NCBI GenBank assembly: GCA_964016885.1
Contig: OZ024762.1
Coordinates: forward strand, 8,246,001-8,310,000
Direction: 5' to 3'
DNA: 64,000 nt
Source: Eledone cirrhosa
Lineage: Eukaryota
Below are positions 50,468 through 63,690 of the stretch, piece by piece; position 1 is the first letter of the stretch; each line of letters begins with the position of its first letter. The translations under genes were made by a program, and so were the position numbers. The notes below the pieces were generated by a model. The model was not told where the DNA came from and did not search any database. It worked only from the letters and a program-made list of their open reading frames with translations.

Positions 50468-53400
50468 ATCTACAACAAACATTACACATCCAATAGAGCA
50501 GGCTCAACAGTAAATATAATAAAAGAATATATATGATTTAACTTTTGTTTGTTTCAAAGATTTATTTCCAAAGATAAACTATAAAATATGTTTCCAAAGA
50601 TATTTTGTAAACAGAAAACACACAGAAAATAAGAAAAAAAAATTGAAGCAAAAAAAAAAAAAAAAACTATTATCAAAAACAATTCTTTCCCCCACCGAGA
50701 TGTTTTCCATGTTGCAGTGGCTTCTTAACCCCTTTTATACCAATCCAACCGTGACCACCCCTATTTATTTTATAGCATTTTATTTCAAATTTAAACCTGT
50801 CCTCAAACTGTTACTTGGGTAAGAAACCTAGGTTTAGCTATGTTCCAAGCAACAGCCTATTTAATAATTTTCTCTTTTAGACACAAAGCCAACAATTTTG
50901 GGGAGAGGGGAAAGCCGATTAAATCGACCCCAGAGCAGCACTGGTACTATATTTTATCGACCCCGTAAGTATGAAAGGCAAAGTTAACCTCGACGAGATT
51001 TGAACTCAGAATGTAAAAGACCGTAACTCTATGCTGCAAAGCATGTTGTCCGATACTGCCAATGCACCACATAATGATAATAACAACAGCAACTGCTTTG
51101 AACCAGTAAAAACCAGTTGTGACAGTTTAATTTGAGTTTAGTAGGTAATTTGTTCTAGAAGGTTGTTGAAAGATATTTTTCCTGAATTTTATTTCAATAT
51201 TCAATTTTGCCACTAAGCATGTTGCTCGACGTTCTACCAATCCAGCTTAATTAACAATTGTTTCTACTTTTGGCACAAGGCCTGCAATTACCCAGTACAA
51301 TACTGGTACTTTATTTTATCGACCCCGTAAGGATGAAAGGCAAAGTTAACCTCAGCGGGATTTGAACTCAGACCGTAAAGGGACGTAACTATGCTAGAAA
51401 TGGAGAGAAATTAGTTATTTTATTAAATCTTTCCAGATTCTCGATTACTAAAAAAAAAAAAATTGTATCATGGAGAATGTATTTCAGTAGAAACTTGGCC
51501 CTGGAAGGGATAAAGTTGTGTTTTTCTCTGAAACACACACGTTATCGTATAATATCCATTTTCCATGCTTGCATGGGTTAGATGAGCTGTCATATCATGA
51601 GAAAACTCAGGTCAGGTGACCATGTCTTGCTTGTACAGAACTGTATTTTGGTTTGGTTTCTATAGCTGGATGCCCTCCAACCATATTACAGGACAGGACT
51701 GGGTGTTTTTTATTGTCACCAGCACAACCATCTAACAGGGTGGACTGGGTACATTTTGTCATGTCACTAGCATGACCACCTTACTGAGCAGACTGGGCAC
51801 ATTTTCTTGTGTCACCAGCATGACCATCTAATAGGGTGGACTGGGCACATTTTGACGTGTCACCAACATGGCCATCTTACAGAGTGGACTGGCCACTTTG
51901 TCTTGTGTCACCAGCACGACCACCTTACAGAGTGGACTGGCCACTTTGTCTTGTGTCACCAGCACGACCACCGTACAGAGTGAACTGACCGCTTTTTTAT
52001 CATGTCACCAACACGGCCACCTTACACAATGGACTGGCTGCTTTTTCTCATGTCTCCAGCACAACCACCTTACAGAGTGGACTGACCGCTTTGTCTTGTG
52101 TCACCAGCACAACCACCTTACAGAGTGGACTGGCTGCTTTTTCTCCTGTCTCCAGCACAACAAGTATGTAACACAAAACTGCTTAATGTCCAACTCAGAC
52201 ACACACTATTTTTTTTCTATTGTAAAAAATTAAATGATCTAAAATGAAGAAAAAAAGGTTAAACAAACGAAATAATAAGAAGCATCAATTATTGGTGAAT
52301 TTTATTATCACTTTCACTGTTTTTATAATAATTTGTGTGTGTGATCAACATCCGTTTTTAAATTCTCTTTCCATACTAGCATGACACTTGGACGGGACCT
52401 TTTGAGACATTGTTTTGTGTTCCTCGAGATCTTTCCTGATGTCAAACCTTTTAGATCTCCTCTTATGACATGCAGGAATACAGTGCATCATCTATTCTAA
52501 ACGAACCCTTTTAGCCCCCTATTACGACATGCAGGGATACAATTATTTCTGTTATACACACAGCCTTTATGTCCCCTCTTATGACACACAAGAACTCATT
52601 GTACCTATTGTAATCCTAATCCTTTTAGTCCCCTATTATGACATACAGGGATAGTGTACATATTGTAACCCTAATCCTTTTAGTCCCTTCCTTATGACAT
52701 ACAGGGATAGTGTACCTATTGTAACCCTAATCCTTTTATGTCTCCTCCTTGACATACAGGGATACAGTGTACCTATTGTAACCCAACAGTTTGTCCCCTC
52801 TTACAATATGCAAAGATACAGAGTACCTTTTAATCACCTCTTACAACAGAGATACAGTGTACCTATTCTAAACCAACCCCTTTCAGTTCCTTCTTATGAC
52901 ATGCAAGGATACAGAGTAACTATTCTAAAATGTATTAAGATGGTGACAGGGAGAAGTCCCTAAAAACTTTCTTTTTTGCCATCGGAGGCACCATTAAAAA
53001 ACTATCATCATCATCTTCATGTGGTGTATCTACAAATGGGAGAGGGGTGGAATAAGGCTCAGTATCGATCCAGCTCGACTCTGAAATGAGAAGTTCGTCA
53101 GACTTCTGTTAGCGTAATAATGTTAATTATTCTGTCATCACACTAACAGAAGTTTGATGATCTTTTGATTCCAAAGTCGGGCCGGTTCGATACAGATCAA
53201 ACCTTGAGCAGATCAATCGCGAAATGCACTTCACACCTCAATAAATGTAATGAAAATTTGATACCTCGTCTATATTTTGTAGGGACGCCATATTGACATA
53301 CAGCGTTTCTGTGCCATTTTAAGCCTGGAGGAGCCCATTGCTCTCCAGGCCATATATATATACATATATACATGCACACGGATATGTTAATATGTTCAGG

Positions 53401-54414
53401 TCATCTAATCTTCACCTACCTAATGATTTCAACCTCCTCTCATGTCACCCTCCCACCATCACCACCAACAACAACAATGAAGGAACTTCTACAGAAGCAC
53501 TAATTGATTTGCTAGAAATAACAGTCAAGATCACCCTCAAATTATATCGTAACCCTGTTCAAAATGGGAAGAGACATTGACAAAAAGAAGATAACCTAGA
53601 TAGAACTGCCTGGAATAAAGACGAGATGGTCATTGTTGGAATGCCATGGGTCATAGGTTTGTTCATTCAGAACTTACCTAGGGTTAAACGACCAACAACA
53701 ACAACAACAATAGCAACAACCTGCCACAATCACTGTTACCCCACCACCACCACCATCACTGTCACTATTTTAACTGGGTAACTGCCACCCCACCCCCACC
53801 ACCATTACTATTCCCACAACAATCATAATCATCGTTTGGCCCCCCCCCCTTTTTTTTTCCTTTTGCTTTTTGCCTTCCTGGTATATGTTAGACCAATAAA
53901 CTAACAAAGTTCCTCCAACCTGCACCACTGCAACATAATATTACACACCTCCCTCCTTCCCCTCAACCCCCCCCCCCCTTCTCATCGCAGAACAACCCCA
54001 CCCCCCGCGACATTCCTCCCTGACCCACCACCAGGCAAACCCCACTTCAACCCAACAAACCCCAAATATAATAATTGTTTCTACTTTAGGCACAAGGCCA
54101 GCAATTTTGGGAGAGGGGAAAGTCGATTAAATCGACCCCAGTGTATTACTGGTGCTTTATTTTATCGTCCCCATAAGGATGAACGGCAAAGCTAACCCTG
54201 GCAGGATTTGATCTCAGATCGTAAAGGGCCGTAACCCTATGCCGTAAAGCATATTGTCTGACGCTCTACTGATACTGCCAATCTACCCCAAATATAATAA
54301 CTGGCCAGAAACAGTCATCCTTAGCCATAGTCAGAATTCCCTTCCCCATTCCACCCCACCCATAGTCCTAGTGTTGACCTGACCTCATCCGACCCCCCGA
54401 CCATTCTGACATTG

Positions 54415-54640
54415 TTATGACCTGACTGTCATCCAGGCCATACCAGCAGCACTGCCCATCACTATGACATTCCAGTAGATGGTGTAACCCCAGTCTGTGA
54501 GAAGACTAATCATGAGCAGTGAACAGCAGACCAACAGAGACGGAAGGGTTTGTCGGAGCTTCAGTTTAGACACCAAAGACTCACCGGGGAATCGCATGTT
54601 CCAACCCTTCTGCTGGGAACTATAGAACTGAGACATCAAG
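54415..54640 (-). CDS. AGPAT5: AGPAT5-like terminal coding exon (LMSQFY...RFPGESLVSKLKLRQTLPS...MAWMTVRS*)
   Basis: tttcag| acceptor, 226 nt to TAA. RFPG/KL/TLPS and the hydrophobic C-terminus resemble AGPAT5. Confidence 0.9.
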
Positions 54641-56473
54641 CTGAAAATATAAACAAAAGGAAAAATATTATATTAATTATTATCATTACTAGCAGAAAAC
54701 TCACCCATTTGGGTGGTTTTCTGCTGGCATGTGTACTGTGCATATTGATATTATATATACAGGCTTTCTCCACAAATGTCCCTCAGAAGTCTCCTCCCTA
54801 TTGGGGAATTTTTCATTGTTATTTTTTATTACATCCTCTGTTTTTTTTACATGCAGAAATGCCCATTTGTACCGTCCTGTATTGTCCTGTACTGTCCTTA
54901 ATGTCTACTTTATGTAAACCCTTGTGGTTAATAAAGAAAGCATATTGATATTATATACAAATATACATGCATGTAGATATGATACATCAAATAAAATCAT
55001 GTGTATATCATGACTCATGCACTGTTCATTTTCCCAACGTTTGTACATTACCCTATATACTATACATACACTTTTTGATGAGTTGTAGTGCACCTGAGCA
55101 CTGTACACAATATTTCATTATTATTATTATTATTGGCAGTATCGGTAGAGGGTCGGACGCCATGCTTTGACGCACAGAGTTACGGCCCTTGCCATTCTGA
55201 GTTCAAATCCCGCCGAGGTTAACTTTGCCTTTCATCCTTACGGGGTCGATAAAATAAAGTACCAGTAATGTACTGGGTAATTGCTGGCCTTGTGCTAATA
55301 GTAGAAACAATTATTATTATTATTAGTGCATTACTAAAATAAAGTACCAGTAATGCACTGGTGAATTGCTGGCCTTGTGCCTAAAGTAGAAACAATTATT
55401 ATTATTATTAAGTTGGTGGATTGGCAGTATTGGTAGAGGGTCGGACGCCATGCTTTGACGTATAGAGTTACGGCCCTTGCCATTCTGAGTTCAAATCCCG
55501 CCAAGGTTAACTTTGCCTTTCATCCTTACGGGGTCGATAAAATAAAGTACCAGTAATGCACTGGTTAATTGGCCTTGTGCCTAACGTAGAAACAATTATT
55601 ATTATTATAATTGACAATCATCATCATCATCATCATCGTTTAATGTCTATCTTCCACGCTAGCATGGGTTAGACAGGAATTGCCCCACTTGAGACAATAT
55701 TGGTCGGATGACCGTGCGTCACTCGTATAGGACTGACAATATGCGCAGAAATTGAAGAGAGACTATGTTACTCTCTCTTCTGTAATCAGTAAAATAATCC
55801 ATGATACATTTAAAAAAAGACGATATTATATATAAACTGCAATACAGTGAAATGTAATGAAAACGAAAAAGGAGAAAATTAGCGACAGAAATATAAACGT
55901 TATGATATAATGATGCAAATATTCGAACATTTATATAAGCGATACGTGATATAGCGTCCATTATATCATAACCGGAAGTATTGACATTTGAAAATTTTAA
56001 AAGTGAATTTTAATATTTATTTTGATACATGCTGTAAAGTGGTTGGTGATAGGAAAGGCATCCAGCCGTAGAGAGCTTGCTAAATAAAGGATCGAGATGA
56101 CCTTTCGATTGTGTTAAAGTCATGACAACCTCCCAAGTGTTGGTGGTGAGCATAAGCCCAACAATCAAACCAATAGGCCATATGCGTTCCCTCTCTGACT
56201 AAACATTAAAAAAAAAAAGCTCAGCTTATAAAGGGAGATAACTAATGTCAGATATTTAAATCGTTGCTGTATTAATTCTGTCTACCAGCCAGCCAGCCTC
56301 ATAATAATTGTTCCTACTTTTGGCACAAGGTCAGCAATTACCCAGTGCATTACTGGTACTTTATTTTATCGACCCCGTAAGGATGAAAGGCAAAGTTAAC
56401 CTCCGCGGGATTATAATAATGGTTTCTACTTTAGGCACAAGACCAGCAATTTTAGAGCCATGCGCCTTCACAT

Positions 56474-56510
<37 letters not shown>

Positions 56511-56799
56511 GTAAGTGAGTGAAGAATAACATGGTCAGCTGTGTACAATAGGGTTTATTTAAAGTATTAATTATTGTTTCATTAGTCCGGTGTGTCTAAA
56601 CTTCGCTGATTGCTAGAAGCCACGTCACTCGATTTTAATTACAGTCAATACCTGACCAAATCATCAGAATAGTGATCTGTGTACATGATACAGTGTGCTA
56701 AAACAACACCGAACGTTAAAACTATCCTCAACACAGGGTACTCATAACCTCTGCTTGGATTACCTTAAACGATATATTGTTAACTTATATCTATCTATC

Positions 56800-56850
<51 letters not shown>

Positions 56851-56911
56851 GCAAGAGGATGTAAGAGGAGAAACTACTACTACAACTATTGAACATGGAG
56901 CAGCTACTTAC

Positions 56912-57035
56912 AGGTCTTTGGCTTTAAATAGGTTGTACATCCATGTTTTAAAGGATTCGTCTGAAGTAGGGATCTCATTGATGTCAATTCGATTGATGTG
57001 TACGTGAACTTCAGGTTTCTTCACCGTTAGAAAAG
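56912..57035 (-). CDS. AGPAT5: AGPAT5-like exon (TFLTVKKPEVHVHINRIDINEIPTSDESFKTWMYNLFKAKD)
   Basis: ttgcag|...|gtaag boundaries, 124 nt, HxHIxR and W..F..KD of the acyltransferase C-terminal domain. Phase fits both neighbours. Confidence 0.92.
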
Positions 57036-57459
57036 CTGCAACAGAACATGTCCATGTGTAATATCAGTGTACATCAACAACAGAGCACAAAATATGCATG
57101 TGTTCATCATTGACAGAGCACAAATATGCATAAATGATAGAGCACAAATGTGCATGTGTGCATGAATGACACAGCATAACTGTATATGATTGACAGGGCA
57201 TAATAGTAGATGATTGACAGGGCATAATTGTGCATGATTGACAGGGCACAATAGTACATGATTGACAGGGCATAATTGTAGTGATTGACAGGGCACAATA
57301 GTACATGATTGACAGGGCATAATTGTACATGATTGACAGGGCATAATAGTACATGATTGACAGGGCATATATGTGGATGTGTGACAGGGCACATGTGTAC
57401 ATGGATGACAGGGCACATGATGATGGTGATAATGATCGATTGGTTACTGATTAGGCAAA

Positions 57460-57572
57460 ACCCGCTGATGAAACCACATGCACTGATTGTGCATTATTGC
57501 ATAATAAATGCAGACAGTGGATGCTGTGCACTCTATTGCTGCATTAAGTGTGGCCGAAACTCGAGAATGGGT
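57460..57572 (+). ncRNA. Degenerate hammerhead-like motif with long stem II
   Basis: acccg-CTGATGA-aaccacat...gtgtggcc-GAAA-ctcgag-AA-tgggt. Palindromic CTCGAG, but the expected U16.1 is A. Confidence 0.45.
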
Positions 57573-57734
57573 AAAGATTGAAGGTACCCATTTACGTGTG
57601 TTGTATTGAAGCAAATAACTATGTGTCTATTCTGGGAGTTTACTTAACATTACCTACTGAGTACGCTGAGAGCAACTGGTACTAGCAGTGAAACCCATGC
57701 TGGTTCCATCAACTTATTATATATATATATAATA

Positions 57735-58107
57735 AGAAAGTCACTCAGATGGTGAATGGGTGCTACACAAGAATGCTGAGGATGGCTCTGAACATTAATC
57801 AGTATACACTGAGGATGAAGAACTCAGAGCTGTACGGGAGCCTCCCAAAAGTCAGCTTGAAAGTAGCACAGAGGAGACTGAGGTTAGCTGGACATGCTCA
57901 CCGACATCCAGAGTTGACACTGCACTCAGTGCTCCTGTGGGTGCCCCTGCATGGACACATAGAAGAGGGAGACTGAGGTTGACATATGTTGATGCCCTAA
58001 AGACAGACACAGGTCTCTTGGAGACGCAGGACATGGCAGCGATGATGAGGGACAGAGACCGCTGGAAAGAACTCGTCCATGGATCTCGGGTATTTTACCC
58101 GTCGTAG

Positions 58108-58108
<1 letters not shown>
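57735..58108 (+). mobile_element. RTE-type LINE 3' end (second family)
   Basis: MLRMALNI...ELYGSLPKVS..AQRRLRLAGH..RHPE..VLLW. A homologous 3' end lies at 41924-42093(-); both are flanked by (TA)n. Confidence 0.75.
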
Positions 58109-58142
<34 letters not shown>

Positions 58143-59049
58143 ATAGAAAAAATGAGGAAGTTTCATTTACATATGAAAAATATTTATTGCGTATCGACTT
58201 GTTACTCGCATTTCGCAGAGGATTGGCTTAAGGTGACCCATAGAAGTTATGGACCCGACTCCAGTATTGATCTGCTCCTCAAACTGGTGATGTGACAAAA
58301 GATATATTTTTGTTGTGGTATGTGGCCCTATTTTTTTGTGTGTGGGTGGATGTGTATATTTTGGTGTAATTGGTGGGGCAGTAATATATATATATTGCTT
58401 TATATGCAAGCAGGGAAAAGTGGACGTAAAATGAAATGATGATGATGATGATATATAAAGAAGGAATTATAAAAAATATATATATATATATATTTGGAGA
58501 TGATGGTGGTGTTAGTGATGATGATAATGGTGCTGATGATGATGATGATAATGGTGCTGATGATGATAATGGTTTCTGATTGGCCAGCAATTTTGGAGAA
58601 GGGGAAAGTCGATTAAATCGACTCGAGTGGGTGACTGGAACTTTATTTTATTGACCCCGTAAGGATGAAAGGCAAAGTTAACCTCGGCAGGATTTGAACT
58701 CAAAACGTAAAGGGCCGTAACTATGCCACAAAGCTTGGTGTCCAGCGCTCTACCGATACTGCCAAACCACCCACCCTGATGGTGATGATAATAACGATAA
58801 TTATGTGACATTAATGTTGGTGGATTGGCAGTATCGGTAGAGGGTCGGACGCCATGCTTTGAAGCATAGAGTTACGGCCCTTGCCATTCTGAGTTCAAAT
58901 CCCGCCGAGGTTAACTTTGCCTTTCATCCTTATGGGGTCGATAAAATAAAGTACCAGTAATACATTGGTTAATTGCTGGCCTTGTGCCAAAAGTAGAAAC
59001 AATTAATGTTGGTGCGATGAGTAACAGAAATATCTAGAGTGGTCCTTAC

Positions 59050-59214
59050 TCTGCATCCCTGGTGCCTTCTGTCGCAACCCAGTATTGGAGTCAATAGTGT
59101 GACTATAGCCTATGGTGATGTCGTAGACAGCATCAACGTGATCCCGTAGATGGTCGATTCCTGTCTTGAAACCCCTCATCCTTGGTGTCAAAACGTACTC
59201 ATAAGGGTGAAGAC
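59050..59214 (-). CDS. AGPAT5: AGPAT5-like exon (GLHPYEYVLTPRMRGFKTGIDHLRDHVDAVYDITIGY...APGMQ)
   Basis: ttcag|...|gtaag boundaries, 165 nt, VLTPR and DAVYDxT motifs. Confidence 0.94.
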
Positions 59215-59834
59215 CTGAACAAGGTAAAGTAGAATATATGTATATGTTATATGTATATATACAAACATGTGTGTGTTTGTGTGTGTATCATCGTCATTTA
59301 ATGTTCATTTCATTTAAGCATCACTGATGTACAGCGGTGTCATTTTGAATGCATGTTTCCCCGTTTCACTCTGACATACTGCTTTGTGATGCAGAACACC
59401 TCCCATCTCTGATCAGATGATATATATATATATATATATAGCGCATTCCATCAAGCACTGGATTAGACCCTTTTATTTTCCTCGGAAGAAGAGGTTTTAA
59501 TCTCGAAATATTAGGACATGAATAAATTAATATAAAACACATAACATCTTGTTTAATTGTAATATTCAACATTTGATAAGATGGATTACACTGATACATA
59601 TGTTTCTTATGTATTATATACATTATAAAATTCCTTTTTTTTTAAAATTGTTCCTCTCGTTTTTATCAATAATGTCACTTTGACGGATCAAAGAAGAAAA
59701 AAAGAAAAGCAGATAATTTAAATATATTTTCTGTGCTTTTTCCCAACATGAATGGACCTGTTATTTTTATCTAAAGACATTTTTTTCCAATTCCAACCCG
59801 CCCGTCTCCTCAATCTATTTTATTTCTCATTCTT

Positions 59835-59870
59835 TCTTCTGATGAAGGACTAGCGTCCGAAACGTTAAGA
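59835..59870 (+). ncRNA. Minimal type I hammerhead ribozyme-like motif (Penelope pLTR type)
   Basis: tctt-CTGATGA-a-ggac(tagc)gtcc-GAAA-cg-TT-aaga: 4-bp stem I, 4-bp stem II, palindromic AACGTT in place of stem III. Confidence 0.75.
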
Positions 59871-59966
59871 CGACCCTCTTCCTGCTATATCAAGCATTAA
59901 CCAAATATATACCTTCCATATACTGTACCTACCGATTGTGTTGTTATTTCTGTTTACCTTTTACAT

Positions 59967-60002
<36 letters not shown>

Positions 60003-60238
60003 GTATGGTTGATTGTATATTTGGTCAGTTTCTACATGCTGTCGAAATGTTGGATAAATACTCTATTGAGGCCACCGCGAAGAGGCCACTTTCGTTTGTT
60101 TGTCGGAGATTTCTTCATAGGAGCCTTTATCCTTATAGCTTGGTCTAATTGATTTTTTATATGGTTAATTATGCTGATTGGCAGGGGAAATGGTATATAT
60201 TTTATTTATCTAATAATTCTATAGACATGATTTATGAT

Positions 60239-60350
<112 letters not shown>

Positions 60351-60363
60351 AAAAAGAACAAAC

Positions 60364-60454
60364 CTCGTTCCTCAGCAAATTCTTTGCTTTTCTGGATCAC
60401 CTCTGGTTTGCAAGGATTGAACCTTGTTCCCTCAGGAAAGACAACCATCCACAC
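60364..60454 (-). CDS. AGPAT5: AGPAT5-like exon (VWMVVFPEGTRFNPCKPEVIQKSKEFAEER)
   Basis: aacag|...|gtttg boundaries, 91 nt, acyltransferase motif III FPEGTR. Confidence 0.94.
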
Positions 60455-60569
60455 CTGTTTGACAGTGAACATTTACTTTTAAATAAAGAAGGTTCCAGTA
60501 ATGAGTGGGAGCATAACATTATAGAGATAGAATGCTGAGTGTTTCAGATGTCTGGTATATCGAACAACA

Positions 60570-61310
60570 CTATCCCTATCATGACATCACCCCTACTACC
60601 ACAACACTATCCCTACCATAGGACCACCACTACCACTACCAATCTACCATTCTACTGCTACCACTACCACTAACACAGTACCACAACAACACCATCGCTA
60701 CCATGACACCACCACTACCACTACCAAATCTACCATTCTACTGCTCCCACTACCACTACTACACTATCACAGTACCACAACACTACTACCACTATCACAC
60801 TAACACTACCACTCCTACACTATCACTAACACAATACCACAACATTACTATCCCTACCATCGCTACCATACCACTACCACTACCACTACTATTCCTACAC
60901 TATCACTAACACAGTACCACAACACTACTATCCCTACCACTGCTACCATACCACTACCACTACCACTACCATTCCAACACTATCACTAACACAGTACCAC
61001 AACACTACTATCCCTACCACTGCTACCATACCACTACCACTACCACTACCACTACCATTCCAACACTATCACTAACACAGTACCACAACACTACTATCCC
61101 TACCACTGCTACCATACCACTACCACTACCACTACCATTCCAACACTATCACTAACACAGTACCACAACACTACTATCCCTACCACTGCTACCATACCAC
61201 TACCACTACCACTACCATTCCAACACTATCACTAACACAGTACCACAACACTACTATCCCTACCACTGCTACCATACCACTACCCCTACCAATCTACCAT
61301 TGTACCATCT
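60570..61310. repeat. CAC/TAC-rich ~66-bp minisatellite in an AGPAT5 intron
   Basis: Unit cactatcactaacacagtaccacaacactactatccctaccactgctaccataccactac. Confidence 0.9.
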
Positions 61311-61355
61311 TTACTACAGCCACGGAAAGAAACCAAAAGGTAAGGCATTACCCAC

Positions 61356-61451
61356 CGGTGTATTCTCTGATTTCAGTCGGTTTAACACACGTGTTATGGT
61401 GTGTTGACTCTTGGAAAACTTGCCGTCTCTTTTCACATAAATACAGCCATG
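61356..61451 (-). CDS. AGPAT5: AGPAT5-like exon (HGCIYVKRDGKFSKSQHTITRVLNRLKSENTP)
   Basis: ccgtag|...|gtggg boundaries, 96 nt, HGxIYVKR motif II. Confidence 0.92.
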
Positions 61452-62473
61452 CTACGGAGATAAGAGGGAGAAAGAGATGATGATTAAGATGATGATTACA
61501 TAGAGGTTCAGAGGAAAGAGCAGAGAGGAGTTATGGTGATGATGATGATGATGGTGGTAGTGGTATATATATATATATATATATATAAGGTACATGGCTT
61601 AGTGGTTAGAGCATTGGCCTTCGTTGTGAGTTCAATTCTCAGACCGGGTGATGTGTTGTTTCCTTGAGCAAGTCACTTTATTTCACATTGCTTCAGTTTA
61701 CTCAGCTGTAGAAATGAGATGATAGGGACTGAGGTCCCTATCATACCACTGCAAAGTAGTCATGGAGGTGCCACGGCAAAAAAGCCCCCAGCCCTCAATG
61801 TAAAATGAGGTTGGTGTTAGGAAGGGCATCCAGCTGTAGAAATCAAGCCAGAATCAGTTCCTGTCCCACCCTTGCAAGTAAAGAAAAGTGGACGTAAAAT
61901 GATGATGATGATGATGATGAGGATATATATGCGAGACAAACCACAACAGAAACACAAACCTTCCATCTCAATTTTACTTTTGAAAATCATAAGAACTGTG
62001 AAACCGGTAAAGTAAATAAATAAATATTCTTAAAAGACTCCAGTTGCATTTTCAATTTCTTTTCCTTATATTCACCAAGCATGAAGCTAATAACACTATG
62101 TACTATTGACTCCTGTGTTTGTCCTTTTGAACTATATATATATACATATATATATATAACAAACAAATAGTTTCTCGGGTCATTCTACTGACATGGCTTT
62201 AAAGAGGCTGTTTGCATAATTGCAAACAAATCGAATATTATTATTAATATTCGAAAAACTGAGATTACATTTATATATATATATATGAAAATGTATGACC
62301 TCGATGGCAGAGCTCAAGACTTTTTGTACCTCTTTCAGTCCAGAAATAGCCGTCGAAACGGCTTGAGCTCTACCGTCGGGGTCATACATTTTCCTATTAC
62401 CCACTCTACTATCCTAAGTATTGAGTACTCTGGTGCGTTATGGTCCATCTGGTTCCTTACCACATTTCCTTTG

Positions 62474-62515
<42 letters not shown>

Positions 62516-62884
62516 CAAGGAGACAACAAACAGAGGTACAAAAAGTCTTATTAGTTTCACGCTTTATATGGAAAAGGAGAAAGAAAGTTTGAAGTGTCGG
62601 CCTTTAGCGCTTCTTCAGGAGTACAATATTAGAGACAGGATCACAAAGGGTAGATACAGAAATAAAGGAGTCCAAGTAAAGAAAAAAAAATCGAAAATAA
62701 AGAGTGTAAACAAGACAAACCATTCAGTAGTCTTGGTAATGAGATGGAACAAGATGTGTGTGTGTGTGTGTGTGTGTGCTAGTGTCGATATTGCGTGTGT
62801 GTTTTATATATATATATATATATATATAAATTATATTGGGAAAAGCAAACAAGATAAAGAAGAAAAATTTACCTATTTACTTTG

Positions 62885-62960
62885 AATATACCTACTGCAG
62901 TTTCATTGAGTAAACCTCAGTTTTGAGTATTTCGAAAACTTCAACTCGTCAGGGAACATT
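62885..62960 (-). ncRNA. Type I hammerhead ribozyme-like motif in an AGPAT5 intron (sense to the gene)
   Basis: Reverse complement reads aatgttcc-CTGACGA-gttga(a)gt...actcaat-GAAA-ctgcag-TA-ggtatatt. Palindromic ACTGCAGT, GUA site, intact core. Confidence 0.7.
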
Positions 62961-63116
62961 TTCAAACAAAAAATAATTTATCTGAGTTATCCACTACAAG
63001 GGCCATAACTCTATACTGCAAAGAATGGTGTCTGACGCTCTACCGATTCTATGAATCGAATAAAACAAAATATGAAGTGGAAGATAAAAAAAAATCCCAT
63101 TGGAATGTATTTTTAC

Positions 63117-63232
63117 CTGTCTGAAGTAAAATCCATACATTGGCAGGAACTTTAGACTGTCCTTGAGGATATATCGGATCTGACCAAGCATTCCTTGACG
63201 CACAGCTAACATATTGGTGACAATCCAGTCAA
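63117..63232 (-). CDS. AGPAT5: AGPAT5-like acyltransferase internal exon (DWIVTNMLAVRQGMLGQIRYILKDSLKFLPMYGFYFRQ)
   Basis: aacag|...|gtaaa boundaries, 116 nt. Matches the AGPAT5 segment after NHQST; upstream exons are outside the window. Confidence 0.92.
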
Positions 63233-63375
63233 CTGTTGAAAGATATTGAAATAAGATTAACCCCTTTGATACCAGCCTGGTTGAAAAACAGCTCTGCTTC
63301 TATGAAACAAAACTAGCCATTTAACCCTTTAGCATTTAAACCGGCCATAAATGGCTGCTCATACTTATATTAAGG

Positions 63376-63690
63376 CAGGGGAGTGCAACATATTCCATTG
63401 GTGGGCCACTTTTGAACATTGGAACACCTATTAGGGCCAGTCACTGTCAAAAATATGTAAGCTAATGAAAACCACAACTTCTTTCCATAACATGGAACTG
63501 GGAAATTATAACACACATAACCCTATCAGTGAAGCGCTTTAGTATAGGTCAACTAACAGAAAATTGTATTATGGTTACGAAAAAAATTCTAAGCCTACAA
63601 GGTAAAAATTAAAAATCGGTCATCATGGACCACTCTGGCTGGTCTGGTGGGCTGGATTGTGGCCTGTGGGTCGCCTGTTGCATGCCCCTG
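63376..63690. mobile_element. hAT MITE nested inside a TTAA MITE
   Basis: CAGGGGAGTGCAAC...GTTGCATGCCCCTG termini. The 8-bp flanks tattaagg/tgttaaga duplicate host MITE sequence tgttaagg. Confidence 0.75.

Noticed and set aside
56560-56677. Possible further hammerhead on the minus strand (CTGATGA tttggtc...gactaat GAAA)
   Set aside because: Stem I and the cleavage register are ambiguous, so it is too weak to call by eye.
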